A stretch of DNA of 64,000 bases, taken from Mytilus trossulus (taxonomy: Eukaryota). The position numbers were made by a program, and so were the translations under genes. The notes below the pieces were generated by a model. That model saw only the letters and a program-made list of their open reading frames with translations, had not been told where the DNA came from and ran no database searches. Position 1 is the first letter of the stretch. Each line of letters starts with the position of its first letter. Location: NCBI RefSeq assembly GCF_036588685.1, contig NC_086385.1, forward strand, positions 9,176,001 to 9,240,000, in the 5' to 3' direction. Shown here one piece after another: positions 24,769-35,805 of this stretch.

Positions 24769-25677
24769 TTTATTGTTTTAATCTGCATAACTCATATCTG
24801 CTCAAACCAAAATGATAAAACAAGTGAATGTCAAAATGATGTAATTGATTTTAACCTCATAAACCTATAAAATTGCCTAAGTATTCATTTAAAAAAATGT
24901 CTTGAAAATCTACAAAATTCATAGGTTTGTATAAAGGTTTTTCCTCAACAAACGTAAGAATCATATTTCATGAGATAATCATGTGAACTGGCTTATCTTA
25001 CCTCATTAACATGTCACTTTGATAGCTAAAGAGAAAAGTTTCGTAAATGACCTTAATTTTCTACTCTCACATATGTATTAGTAAACTTGCAACATGTATA
25101 TTCTTCTTATCACCTTTTTTCAATTTTGCCCCTATATCAATGTTATGCTATAATTAAGAATGAGGTAAAAGAAGGGGAATTGACTTGTAGCAATACAAGG
25201 GAAGTTAGTTTGAAAATTATTTGCAAAGAAACTAAAACAACATAACATTATAGTTTATATATAACTATATATACAAACACATATTCTACGTAAACAAATA
25301 ATTCTAAATTGTATAATATAATACATAACTTAATATACCATGATCATTTGCATGCATATTTTTTAATCCATTTAAATTTACTTAATTGTAAAATTGATAT
25401 ACATGTAATCAAACAATCAGTGATGGAGAAATTACAAGGTCGATGTCTCAAGAAATGTATAAATTATGAGTTCATAACATTCTGACAACCACCTATGATA
25501 CAGAAAGAAACTCGGTTAATTCTCATTGAAGATGGATAACCTTGAAACTTCCCAAATTCTAAAATGTGTAATAAATCACAAATTAAGGGTCAAAGCACTA
25601 AAAATGAAGGCGCGAAGTTTCTCTCACGTATTTTAACACAGTAATTACAAATAGGACGAACACGTCAACTGAAAATA

Positions 25678-25932
25678 ACTTTTTCGAGAATGGTTACTTT
25701 CCTAAGGGAATTAATGAAAAGGGGGGTATGTTTTCTTCCAATACTTTTTCGAGAATGTTACTTTACTTAGGAAATGAATAAATAAAGGGAGTATATTTTT
25801 TTCACATACTTTTTCGAGAATGTTATTTTACTTAGGGAATGAATGAAAAGGGGGGTATGTGTTGTTTCATTCTTTTTCGAGAATGTTACTTTACCTCGGG
25901 AATGAATGAAAGGGGGTATTTGTTTTCCCATA
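25678..25932. repeat. Minisatellite, ~64-bp unit, 4 copies
   Basis: CTTTTTCGAGAATGTTACTTTACTTAGGGAATGAATGAAAAGGGGGGTAT at ~25679, 25744, 25809 and 25873. Confidence 0.9.
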
Positions 25933-26059
25933 AAAAAGTAAGCTTTCAGAGAAAAAAATATATATTTTGAATTCTGATTTCCTCCATACCTTGGAAAAAA
26001 TAATTTGATTGATAGCGTTGAAGAAATGAATTTAGTTGTTAGTGTTTCCCTAAAATGCC

Positions 26060-26375
26060 TTTGCTGGTGGACTGGTAGTCCCTGAGGGTATCACTATCCC
26101 AGTAGCTAATATTTCGGTACTGGTATGAAATATGGATTTTTCGTTTTTATTTGAAATTTGCTGTTACAAAATTTTTGAAATAATTCAATATTAAAGAATA
26201 TACGTATCTCTCTGTTGCAAAGCTTTGATTCCTTGCCCGACTTTGGCTCTCTTTTTGTCCTTTTTGGTTGATAGCTTTTTTAGTAAGCTTTTGATTTTCA
26301 ATTATTTTGGCCTCGGTCATCACTGAAGAGACATTGATTGTCGAAATGCGCATCTGGAGACACATTTGTACCATT
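26060..26375 (+). mobile_element. Retrozyme-like element, family B
   Basis: Same layout as family A (GCTGGTGGAC..GTCCCTGAGGGTATCAC..CCCAGTAG..TTCGG, AT-rich spacer, hammerhead) but diverged primary sequence. Confidence 0.75.
26317..26360 (+). ncRNA. Minimal type I hammerhead ribozyme, intact core (family B)
   Basis: TCATCA-CTGAAGA-GACA(TTGAT)TGTC-GAA-ATGCGCAT-C^TGGAGA. CUGANGA and GAAA are intact, and stems II and III differ from family A by compensatory changes. One mismatch in stem I. Confidence 0.85.
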
Positions 26376-26591
26376 GACGTCTTGTAATGTTGTCAATTTA
26401 TGTTAAAATTAACACTGCCATTAGAGAGGGAGGTTTGGCTTGCCCCAAAACCAGGTTCAACCCCCCATTTATTTTCATAAAATGCCCTGTACAAAGTCAG
26501 GGAATTGGCCATTGTTACATTATAGTTCATTTCTGTGTGTGTTACATTTTTGTGTTGTGTCTCAGTAGTGTCGAAGTTCTCTTATATTTGA

Positions 26592-29500
26592 TCCCAAAGT
26601 AGCAGGTGGGTAAAGTTACGAAACTTTTTTTTGTGAGGTCCAAAGTTGGGGTCGGGTAACCCTACCACCCCCCTTATTTAATTCATAGCAAAGTCCCTAC
26701 GACAAAGCTTTTCTCTACACTAGGTACACTCTATAGGCAATTGACTGAGCTTGCCTGGACACAAAGATCCAGGTGGGCAAAGTTACCGAACTTTTTATAT
26801 TGAGGTCCAAGGGTGCGGTCGGCAAACCCTACCACCCCCTTAAATTGTTCAGCGCAAAGTTCCTACGGCAAAGCTTTTGTCCACACTCGATAGGCAATTG
26901 CCTAAGCTTGCATGGACCCAAAGTTTCAGGTGGTTAAGTTAAGGACTTTTGTTTTAGGTCCAAAGTTGGGGTCGGGTGACCCTTCCATCCCCCTGATTTA
27001 ATTCATAGCAAAGTCCCTAAGGCAAAGCTTTTGTCTACACTAGGTACACTCGATCGGCAATTGCCAAAGCTTACCTGGACCCAAAGTTTTAGGTGGGCAA
27101 AGTTACTGAACTTTTTTTTAGGTCCAAAGTTGAATTGGGGTGACCCTACCATCCCCCTTATTTAATTCATAGCAAAGTCATTACGGCAAAGCTTTTGTGC
27201 ACATCAGACACACTTGATAGGCAATTGCCTAAGCTTGCATGGACCCAAAGATCCAGGTGGGTAATGTTGAGGACTTTTGTTTTAGGTCCAAAGTTGGGGA
27301 TAGGTGACCCTACTTTCCCTCTTATTAATTTCATAGCAAAGTCCCTACGGCAAAACTTTTGTCCATACTGGGTATACCCGATAGGTAATTTCATCAGCTT
27401 GCCTTGACCCAAGGATCCAGGTGGGTAAAATTACCGAACTTTTATATTGAGGTCCAAAGTTGTGGTCGGTATACCCTACCATCCCCTTAAATAGTTCAGG
27501 ATAAAGTCCCTACGGCAAACCTTTGTCCACACTAGGTACACTCGATAGGCAATTGCCTAAGCTTTCATGGACCCAATTAAAGATCCAGGTAGGTAAAGTT
27601 AAGGACTTTTATTTTAGGTCCAACGTTGAGGTCGGATGACCCTTCCATCCCCCTGATTTACTTCATAGCAAATTCCCTAAGGCAAAGCTTTTGTCCACAC
27701 TAGGTACACTCAATAGGCAATTGCCTTAGCTTGCCTGGATCGAAAGACCAAGGTGGGCAAAGTTACGGAACTTTTTTTAGGTCCAAAGTTGGGGTCGGGT
27801 GACCCTACCATCCCCCTTATTTAATTCATAGCAAAGTCATTACGACAAAGCCTTTGTCCCCACGAGGTACACTCGATATGTAATTTCCTAAGCTTGCCTG
27901 GACCCAAAGACGCAGTTGGGTAAAGTTAAGGAACTTTTTGTTTTGAGGTTCAATTAAAGTTGAGCTTGGGTGACCCTACCATCCCCCTTATTTAATTCAT
28001 AGCAAAGTCATTACGGCAAAGCTTTTTTCCCCACGAGGTACACTCGATATGTAATTTCCTAAGCTTGCCTGGACCCAAAGACGCAGTTGGGTAAAGTTAA
28101 GGAACTTTTTGTTTTGAGGTTCAATTAAAGTTGAGCTTGGGTGACCCTACCATCCCCCTTATTTAATTCATAGCAAAGTCCCTACGGCAAAGCTTTTGTC
28201 CACACTAGATACACTCGATAGGCAATTGCCTTATCTTTCATGGACCCAAAGATCCAGTTGGGTAAAGTTAAGGACTTTTGTTTTAGGTCCAAAGTTGGGG
28301 TCGGGTAACCCTTCCACCCCTCTGATTTAATTCTTAGCAAAGTCTCTAAGGCAAAGCTTTTGTCCACACTAGGTACACTCGATAGGCAATTGCCAAAGTT
28401 TACCCGGACCCAAAGTTGTAGGTGGACAAAGTAACTTAACTTTTTTTAGGTCCAAAGTTGGGGTCGGGTAACCCTACCATCCCCCTTATTTTATTCATAG
28501 CAAAGTCATTACGGCAAAGCTTTTGTCCACACTAGGTACACTCGATAGGCAATTGCCTAAGCTTGCATGGACCCAAAGATCCAGGTGGGTAAAGTTGAGG
28601 ACTTTTGTTTTAGGTCCAAAGTTGGGGTCGGTAGACCCTTCCACCCCCCTGATTTAATTCTTTGCAAAGTCACTAAGGCAAAGCTTTTGTCCATACTAGG
28701 TACACTAGATAGGCAATTGCCGAAGCTTACCTGGTCCCAAAGTTTTAGGTGGACAAAGTAACTGAACTTTTTTTAGGTCCAAAGTTGGGGTTGGGTGACC
28801 CTTCCATCCCCTTTATTTAATTCATAGCAAAGTCATTACGACAAAGCTTTTGTCCATACAAGGTACACGCGAAAGGTAATTTCCTAAGCTTGCCTGGACC
28901 TAAAGATCCAGGTTGGTCAAGTTACCGAATTTTTTTATATTGAGGTCCAAAGTTGTGGTCGGCAGACCCTACCATCCCCTTGAAATAGTTTAGAGCAAAG
29001 TCCCTACGGCAGAGCTTTTGTCCACACTAGGTACACTCGATAGGCAATTGCCTAAGCTTTCATGGACCCAAAGATCCAGGTGGATAAAGTTAAGGACTTT
29101 TGTTTAAGGTACAAATTTGAGGTCGGGTGATCCTTCCATTTGCCTGATGTAATTCATAGCAAAGTCCCTAAGGCAAACCTTTGTCCACACTAGGTACACT
29201 CGATAGGCAATTGCCTAAGCTTTCATGGACCCAATTAAAGATCCAGGTAGGTAGAGTTAAGGACTTTTATTTTAGGTCCAAAGTTGAGGTCGGGTGACCC
29301 TTCCATCCCCCTGATTTAATTCATAGCAAATTCCCTAAGGCAAAGCTTTTGTCCACACTAGGTACACTCAATAGGCAATTGCCTTAGCTTGCCTGGACCG
29401 AAAGACCAAGGTGGGCAAAGTTACAGAACTTTTTTTAGGTCCAAAGTTGGGGTCGGGTGACCCTACCATCCCCCTTATTTAATTCATAGCAAAGTCATTA

Positions 29501-31328
29501 CGGCAAAGCTTTTTTCCCCACGAGGTACACTCGATATGTAATTTCCTAAGCTTGCCTGGACCCAAAGACGCAGTTGGGTAAAGTTAAGGAACTTTTTGTT
29601 TTGAGGTTCAATTAAAGTTGAGCTTGGGTGACCCTACCATCCCCCTTATTTAATTCATAGCAAAGTCCCTACGACAAAGCTTTTGTCCACACTAAATACA
29701 CTCGATAGGCAATTGCCTAATCTTTCATGGACCCAAAGATCCAGTTGGGTAAAGTTAAGGACTTTTTTTTTAGGTCCAAAGTTGGGGTCGGGTAACCCTT
29801 CCACCCCTCTGATTTAATTCTTAGCAAAGTCTCTAAGGCAAAGCTTTTGTCCACACTAGGTACACTCGATAGGCAATTGCCTAAGCTTGCATGGACCCAA
29901 AGATCCAGGTGGGTAAAGTTGAGGACTTTTGTTTTAGGTCCAAAGTTGGGGGTCGGTAGACCCTTCCACCCCCCTGATTTAATTCTTTGCAAAGTCACTA
30001 AGGCAAAGCTTTTGTCCATACTAGGTACACTAGATAGGCAATTGCCGAAGCTTACCTGGTCCCAAAGTTTTAGGTGGACAAAGTAACTGAACTTTTTTTA
30101 GGTCCAAAGTTGGGGTTGGGTGACCCTTCCATCCCCCTTATTTAATTCATAGCAAAGTCATTACGACAAAGCTTTTGTCCATACAAGGTACACTCGAAAG
30201 GTAATTTCCTAAGCTTGCCTGGACCTAAAGATCCAGGTTGGTAAAGTTACCGATTTTTTTTATATTGAGGTCCAAAGTTGTGGTCGGCAGACCCTACCAT
30301 CCCCTTGAAATAGTTTAGAGCAAAGTCCCTACGGCAGAGCTTTTGTCCACACTAGGTACACTCGATAGGCAATTGCATAAGCTTTCATGGACCCAAAGAT
30401 CCAGGTGGGTAAAGTTAAGGACTTTTGTTTAAGGTACAAATTTGAGGTCGGGTGATCCTTCCATTTGCCTGATGTAATTCATAGCAAATTCCCTAAGGCA
30501 AAGCTTTTGTCCACACTAGGTACGCTCGATAGGCAATTGCCTTAGCTTGCCTGGACTGAAAGACCCAGGTGGGCAAAGTTACGGAACTTTTTATTATGAG
30601 GTCCAAAGTTCAGGTCGGGTAACCCTACTATCCCCCTTATTTAATTCAAAGGAGAGTCCATACGGCAAAGCTTTTGTCCCCACTAAGTACACTCGATAGG
30701 TAATTTCCTAAGCTTGCCTGACCCCAAAGACGCAGTTTGGTAAAGTTACGGAACTTTTTGTTTTGAGGTACTAAGTTGAGCTTGGGTGACCCTACCTTCC
30801 CCCTTATTTAATTCATAGCAAAGTCCCTACGGCAAAGCTTTTCTCCACACTAGGTGCACTCGATAGTAAATTGCCTAAGCTTGCCCGGACCCCAAAATCC
30901 AGTTGAGTTAAGTAACGGAACTTTTTATTATGAGGTCCAAAGTTGGGGTCGGGTGACCCTACCATTCCCCTTATTTAATTCATAGCAAAGTCCCTACGGC
31001 AAAGCTTTTCTCCACACTACGTACACTCGATAGTCAATTGCCTAAGCTTGCCCGGACCCAAAAATCCAGTTGAGTTAAGTTATGGAACTTTTTATTATGA
31101 GGTCCAAAGCTGGGGTCGGGTGACCCTACCATTCCCCTTATTTAATTCATAGAATAGTCCCTACGGTAAAGCTTTGGATCATACTAGGTACACTCGATAG
31201 GCAATTCACTGGGCTAGCTTGACCCCAAAGATGCAGGTGGGTAAAGTAACGGAACTTTTTATATTGAGGTTCAAAGTTGTGCTCGGGTGACCTATCAACC
31301 CCTTTATTAATTCAAAGCAAAGTCCCTA
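26592..31328 (+). repeat. Satellite array, ~165-bp monomer, ~28-29 copies, with higher-order structure
   Basis: AGGTCCAAAGTTGGGGTCGGGTGACCCTACC...GCAAAGCTTTTGTCCACACTAGGTACACTCGATAGGCAATTGCC recurs at ~26637, 26803, 26957, 27121, 27285, 27450, 27617, 27779 and onward. Confidence 0.97.
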
Positions 31329-32655
31329 TCCCAACTTTGGACTTTGATCCGTAACTTTACTCACCTGTGTATTTAAGCCCAGGCAACCTTAGGCAAGTGT
31401 CTACCCTATGTACCTAGTGGGCAAAAATATTTGCCGTAGGGAAAATTTTATATTCGAATGAAGGGGATGGTAGTGTCACCCAACCCCAACTTTGGACCTA
31501 AAAAAGAGTTCCGTAACTTTACCCACCTGGGCATTTGGGCCTAGGCGCCCTTAGGCAAGTGTGTATCCTTTGTACCTAGTGGGCAAAAAAGCTTTGCCGT
31601 AGGGAAAATTTTATGAACGAAAGAAAAGGGATGGTAGAGTCGCCCTACCCCAACTTTGGACTTAAAAGAACAGTTCCGAAACTTTACCCGCCTGGGTATT
31701 TGGCCCAAGGCAACATTAGACAAGTGTCTTTCTTTTGTCTGGCGTATAAAATTATAATCCTGGTACTTTTGATTACTATTTACATCACTGGGTTGATGCC
31801 ACTGCTGGTGGACGTTTCGTCCCCGAGGGAATCACCAGCCCAGTAGTCAGCACTTCGGTGTTGACATGAATATCAATTATATGGTCATTTTTATAAAGTT
31901 TCTGTTTACAAAACTTTGATTTTTTTTGAAAAACTAAGGATTTTCTTACCCCAGGAGTAGATTACCTAAGCCGTATTTGGCACAACTTTTTGGAATTTTG
32001 AATCCTCAATGCTCTTCAACTTTGTATTTATTTGGCTTTTTAACGCTTTTGATCTGAGCGTCACTGATGAGTCTTTTGTAGACGATACGCGCGTCTGGCG
32101 TATAAAATTATAATCCTGGTACTTTTGATTACTATTTTGTACCTAGTGGGCAAAAAAAGCTTTGCCGTAAGGAAAATTTGATGAACGAAAGAAGAGGGAT
32201 AGTAGTGTCACCCTACCCCAACTTTGGACCTCAAAAAAACAGTTCCGAAACTTTACCCGCCTGGGTATTTGGGCCAAGGCATTCTTAGACAAGTGTCTAT
32301 CTTTTGTACCTAGTGGGCAAAAAAGGCTTTACCGTAAGGAAAATTTGATGAATGAAAGAAGGGGGTTGGTAGGGTCAGCCTATCCCAACTTTGGACCTAA
32401 AAAAAAAGTTCCGTAACTTTACCCACCTGGATGTTTAAGCCCAGGCAACCTTATGCAAGTGTCTATCCTTTGTACTTAGTGGGCAAATTAGCTTCGCCGT
32501 AGGGAAAATTTTATGAACGAAAGAAGAGGGGCGGTAAGGTCACCCTACCCCAACTTTGGATCTAAAAAAAGTTCCGTAACTTTACCAACCTTAGTATTTT
32601 GGCCCAGGCATCCTTAGGCAAGTGTCTTTTATTTGTACCTAGTGGGCATAAAAGC
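31324..32655 (-). repeat. Inverted block of the same satellite (~5-6 more diverged monomers), interrupted by a retrozyme
   Basis: CCCCAACTTTGGACCT...TTCCGTAACTTTACCCACCTGG...GTACCTAGTGGGCAAAAAAGCTTTGCCGTAGGG is the reverse complement of the upstream monomer. Confidence 0.93.
31739..32134 (+). mobile_element. Retrozyme-like element family A, 356-nt unit plus ~40-nt terminal redundancy, inserted in the satellite
   Basis: TGGCGTATAAAATTATAATCCTGGTACTTTTGATTACTA occurs at 31740 and 32096. Flanked by TTTTGT at 31733-31738 and 32135-32140. Hammerhead at 32058-32101 has GAAA changed to GATA. Confidence 0.9.
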
Positions 32656-33400
32656 TATATGTACGTACAAATGGAGAAGATGAAACTTTTATAAATCTTC
32701 GCTACGGAAATAGTCAGATTTATTTTGTTGAAAACTTTTTTGAAAATAATTTTCGATTTTTGTTTTGCTAATACTAAATCAATTTAAGGGATTTGTCCAA
32801 ATGCAATTACTTTTAGGTATACCCTTTCCCGCTTTTCATTCTAGGTGCAGCGTAACCGAGAGCGTAATGATTCATTGGCATTAACACTAAACAGATGAGG
32901 CTGTTACGATAACAAAAATTCAAAAAGTCGTTCAAACTTAGGTCACCGAAATACAAGGGAAGCTACGTCAGAGTACTGTATCTGTACATGCGTATACGAA
33001 TCAGGAAAAGTTTGTGACCGAGTCTTGTTCTTGTCCAACTTGGAAATTAATTAAACATATTTTGTTTTCGTTTCAAAAGGTAAAGAATTTGTTTATTTAT
33101 ATATAAAACATGTATAATTTTTATTTTCAAGTAAAGTGTAAATAATTATATAAACACTATTTAATTAGCAACATACAACGACATATAGTAATCAGATGCT
33201 CAAATTATATAACAACGAGCTGTATCAATTATTTGACGATACTATTTATCATATTAAAGCTAAAACAGTCAGGTTACAGAATTATCTACTAGTATTATAA
33301 ACTATTATATCCGGTTTTGATTTGGTCTTGAAAATAATTTTACAAGTTTGACATTTTTGATATATAATCATAGAAATAAATAGTGTACTGATTATCTTAA

Positions 33401-34374
33401 GGTTAAAAGAGCGCAATTATTCGTAATTCATTTTCCAAAGGGTACCACACTAGTGTTCCGCATTTTTTTTCTCGAAGATTACACAAACTAGAGAAAAACG
33501 TGTTGCAGTTCCTGTTACTAGAAATGCCAATGTTGCATTACAACCACAAAAAAAATATAGGGTCATGCGGCTCAAATTGACTTAAAATGCAATTGAAAAA
33601 AGATCGTCTCTTTTTTTCGCCGAATGAGAAAGGCACATTTTTAATAGCATATTTTAATGAAGACGTGCAGAAATTACACATATTTTCTAAACTTTGTATC
33701 ATATATGACAATGATTTTCGGCAATTTTTATACCTAATTGGATCAGCTTTCGATTAAATGTAATTCAAATCCTGTATTAACAAATCAGAAGCCGTATAGC
33801 ATAGACATGCTGGCATGTCAGTTTTAACTGCTAATAGTCTGTTGACAACTTGTTATTTATGTATTATTGTCATTTTGTTTATTTTCTATGGTTACATCTT
33901 CTGACATCAGACTCGGACTTCTCTTAAACTGAATTTTAATGTGCGTATTGTTATGCGTTTGCTTTCCTACATTGGTTAGATGTATAGGGGGAGGGTTGAG
34001 ATCTTACAAACATGTTTAACCCCGCCGCATTTTTGCGCCTGTCCCAAGTCAGGAGCCTCTGACCTTTGTTAGTCTTGTATTATTTTAATTTTAGTTTCTT
34101 GTGTACAAGTTTGAAATTAGTATGGCGTTCATTATCACTGAACTTGCATAAATTTGTTGAGGGGCCAGCTGAAGGACGCCTCCGCATGCGGTATATTCTC
34201 GCTACATTGAAGACCTGTTGGTGACCTTCTGCTGTTGTTTTTTTTTATTTGGTCGTGTTGTTGTCTCTTTGACACATCCCCATTTCCATTCTCAATTTTA
34301 CTATTCTGAGTACAATCTTAAGTTAAAAAAAACTTGCCGGTAAAATGTCAACAAATAATTGCGCTCTTGTAACC
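33401..34374. mobile_element. TTAA-flanked TIR element carrying a nested interspersed repeat (~33810-34300)
   Basis: TTAA|GGTTAAAAGAGCGCAATTATT ... AATAATTGCGCTCTTGTAACC|TTAA. The nested repeat is homologous to 6180-6655. Confidence 0.8.
33810..34300 (+). repeat. Second interspersed repeat family (another copy at 6180-6655)
   Basis: Shared CTGACAT..GACTCGGACTT, GGTTGAGATCT, GTCCCAAGTCAGGAGCCTCT and GTTGTTGTCTCT..GACACA..CCCATTT blocks. Confidence 0.8.
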
Positions 34375-35609
34375 TTAAATAAAATACTAGATTCGGTCGA
34401 ATCGTCATGTTTGAAAACACACAGAAAGACAAGCAAATGCAAAACTCAATTAAACAAATGTGCTCATATATACTTAAAAACTTTTCTTAACTCCGAGGCG
34501 GATTTAAGGGAGAGGAGCATCACCTCCACCTTCTTGAGATGCTTCGTATACTGTTGCATCATCCACACCTTTTACCTATTCAACTCCAAACATATTCTAG
34601 GAAGGTGAAACGCCTCCCTCCCCTCCCCTTTTCAAATCTCTTATCATACGGCTTTAATTATCTATTTCTTAACATATTAAAACTTTAAAAATATAAATAA
34701 TGTGTTTACTGGCAAACCACTAACAGCCAAATGATGCATACTCATAGTTAAAGGATACTTAAAATGATTAAATGAATGGAGATAAACAATCGTATTGAAA
34801 TATTCAAGATACTATAAAAAAAAAGAAGATGTGTTATGATTGCCAATGAGACAACTACCCACAAAAAGACCAAAATGACACAAACATTAACTACAGGTAC
34901 GGCCGTCAACAATGAGCAAAACCCATACCGCATAGTCAGCTAAACAAGGAGGTATTTTTTCTACTGCAGTGTAACAAACTCGCCTTTACCAATGACAAAT
35001 GAAATAGTTGTAGAACCCAATGATTAAACGATTTGTTTGGTAACATTATTTCGGAAAATAAAATTAAATAAAATCTCCTATGAACAATTTGTTTTTCTTC
35101 TTATCCGAATTCTGATAACGACTAAGACGACTTTATTTTTAAATTAAATATACAAGTCCTTATCCGAATTTGGATAAGGATCTTCACACTGCATACTAAA
35201 CTCTGTGCGTCATGTACTCTTCTTATCCGAATTCGGATAAGAACAGATATTATTCCTTGATAGTGTATTATGTATTCTATCCAAATTAGGATAACATTAG
35301 TTTCTCTCCTTATGTCTAAACGATGATACTTCAATTATTTATTATTATCATTGTCCTAACTACGATGATAAAATAACTACTGCTATTTTAACAGTTAAAT
35401 AATGCTTTATTTAAAAAAAAGAATTAGGTCTGAATACAGTTTTGTATTTAGTTCATCTTTTAAAAAGTGTTGCCTTCAAACATTCTTATTTCAGAAATCT
35501 CGCTTATCCGAAACACCCATTGACTTGAGCATATGGAAATGCTCAAAAGCAATTGGAAGCTGTTTTATGTTGTAATTGATTTAAATTTTCTATATGCAAA
35601 AGTATGAAT

Positions 35610-35805
35610 TATTCGAATTACTAATGGGTTTTTTCTGAAGTATATATTAGAATACATTTAATTGGTACATTTTTTGGCAATTGTAGGTCCCCAATGCTCT
35701 TATACATTCTACTTGTTCGGCTTTCTTACTATGTTTCATCTGAGCGAGACTGACGAGTCTTATGAAGAAGAAAGCCCGACTGACGTATCTAGTTATAAAC
35801 CTGCA
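35610..35805 (+). mobile_element. Degenerate family A retrozyme fragment (further remnants at 43320-43395 on - and 45975-46060 on +)
   Basis: CTGAGCGAGACTGACGAGTCTTATGAAGAAGAAAGCCCGACTGACGTA with the preceding CAATGCTCTT block. Confidence 0.65.

Noticed and set aside
31805-31845. Antisense hammerhead-like string CTGGTGA...GGGGAC-GAAA-CGTC
   Set aside because: CUGGUGA breaks the CUGANGA core, stem II is poorly formed, and family B lacks the GAAA. Better explained by the + strand structure.
27167-31846. Repeated short ORFs (LDRQLPKLAW, MDKSFAL...)
   Set aside because: Chance frames in satellite monomers, broken by indels between copies.
35100-35296. CRISPR-like look of palindromic repeats with unique spacers
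   Set aside because: Eukaryotic context, only 3-4 degenerate 20-bp repeats, uneven spacing, no cas genes.
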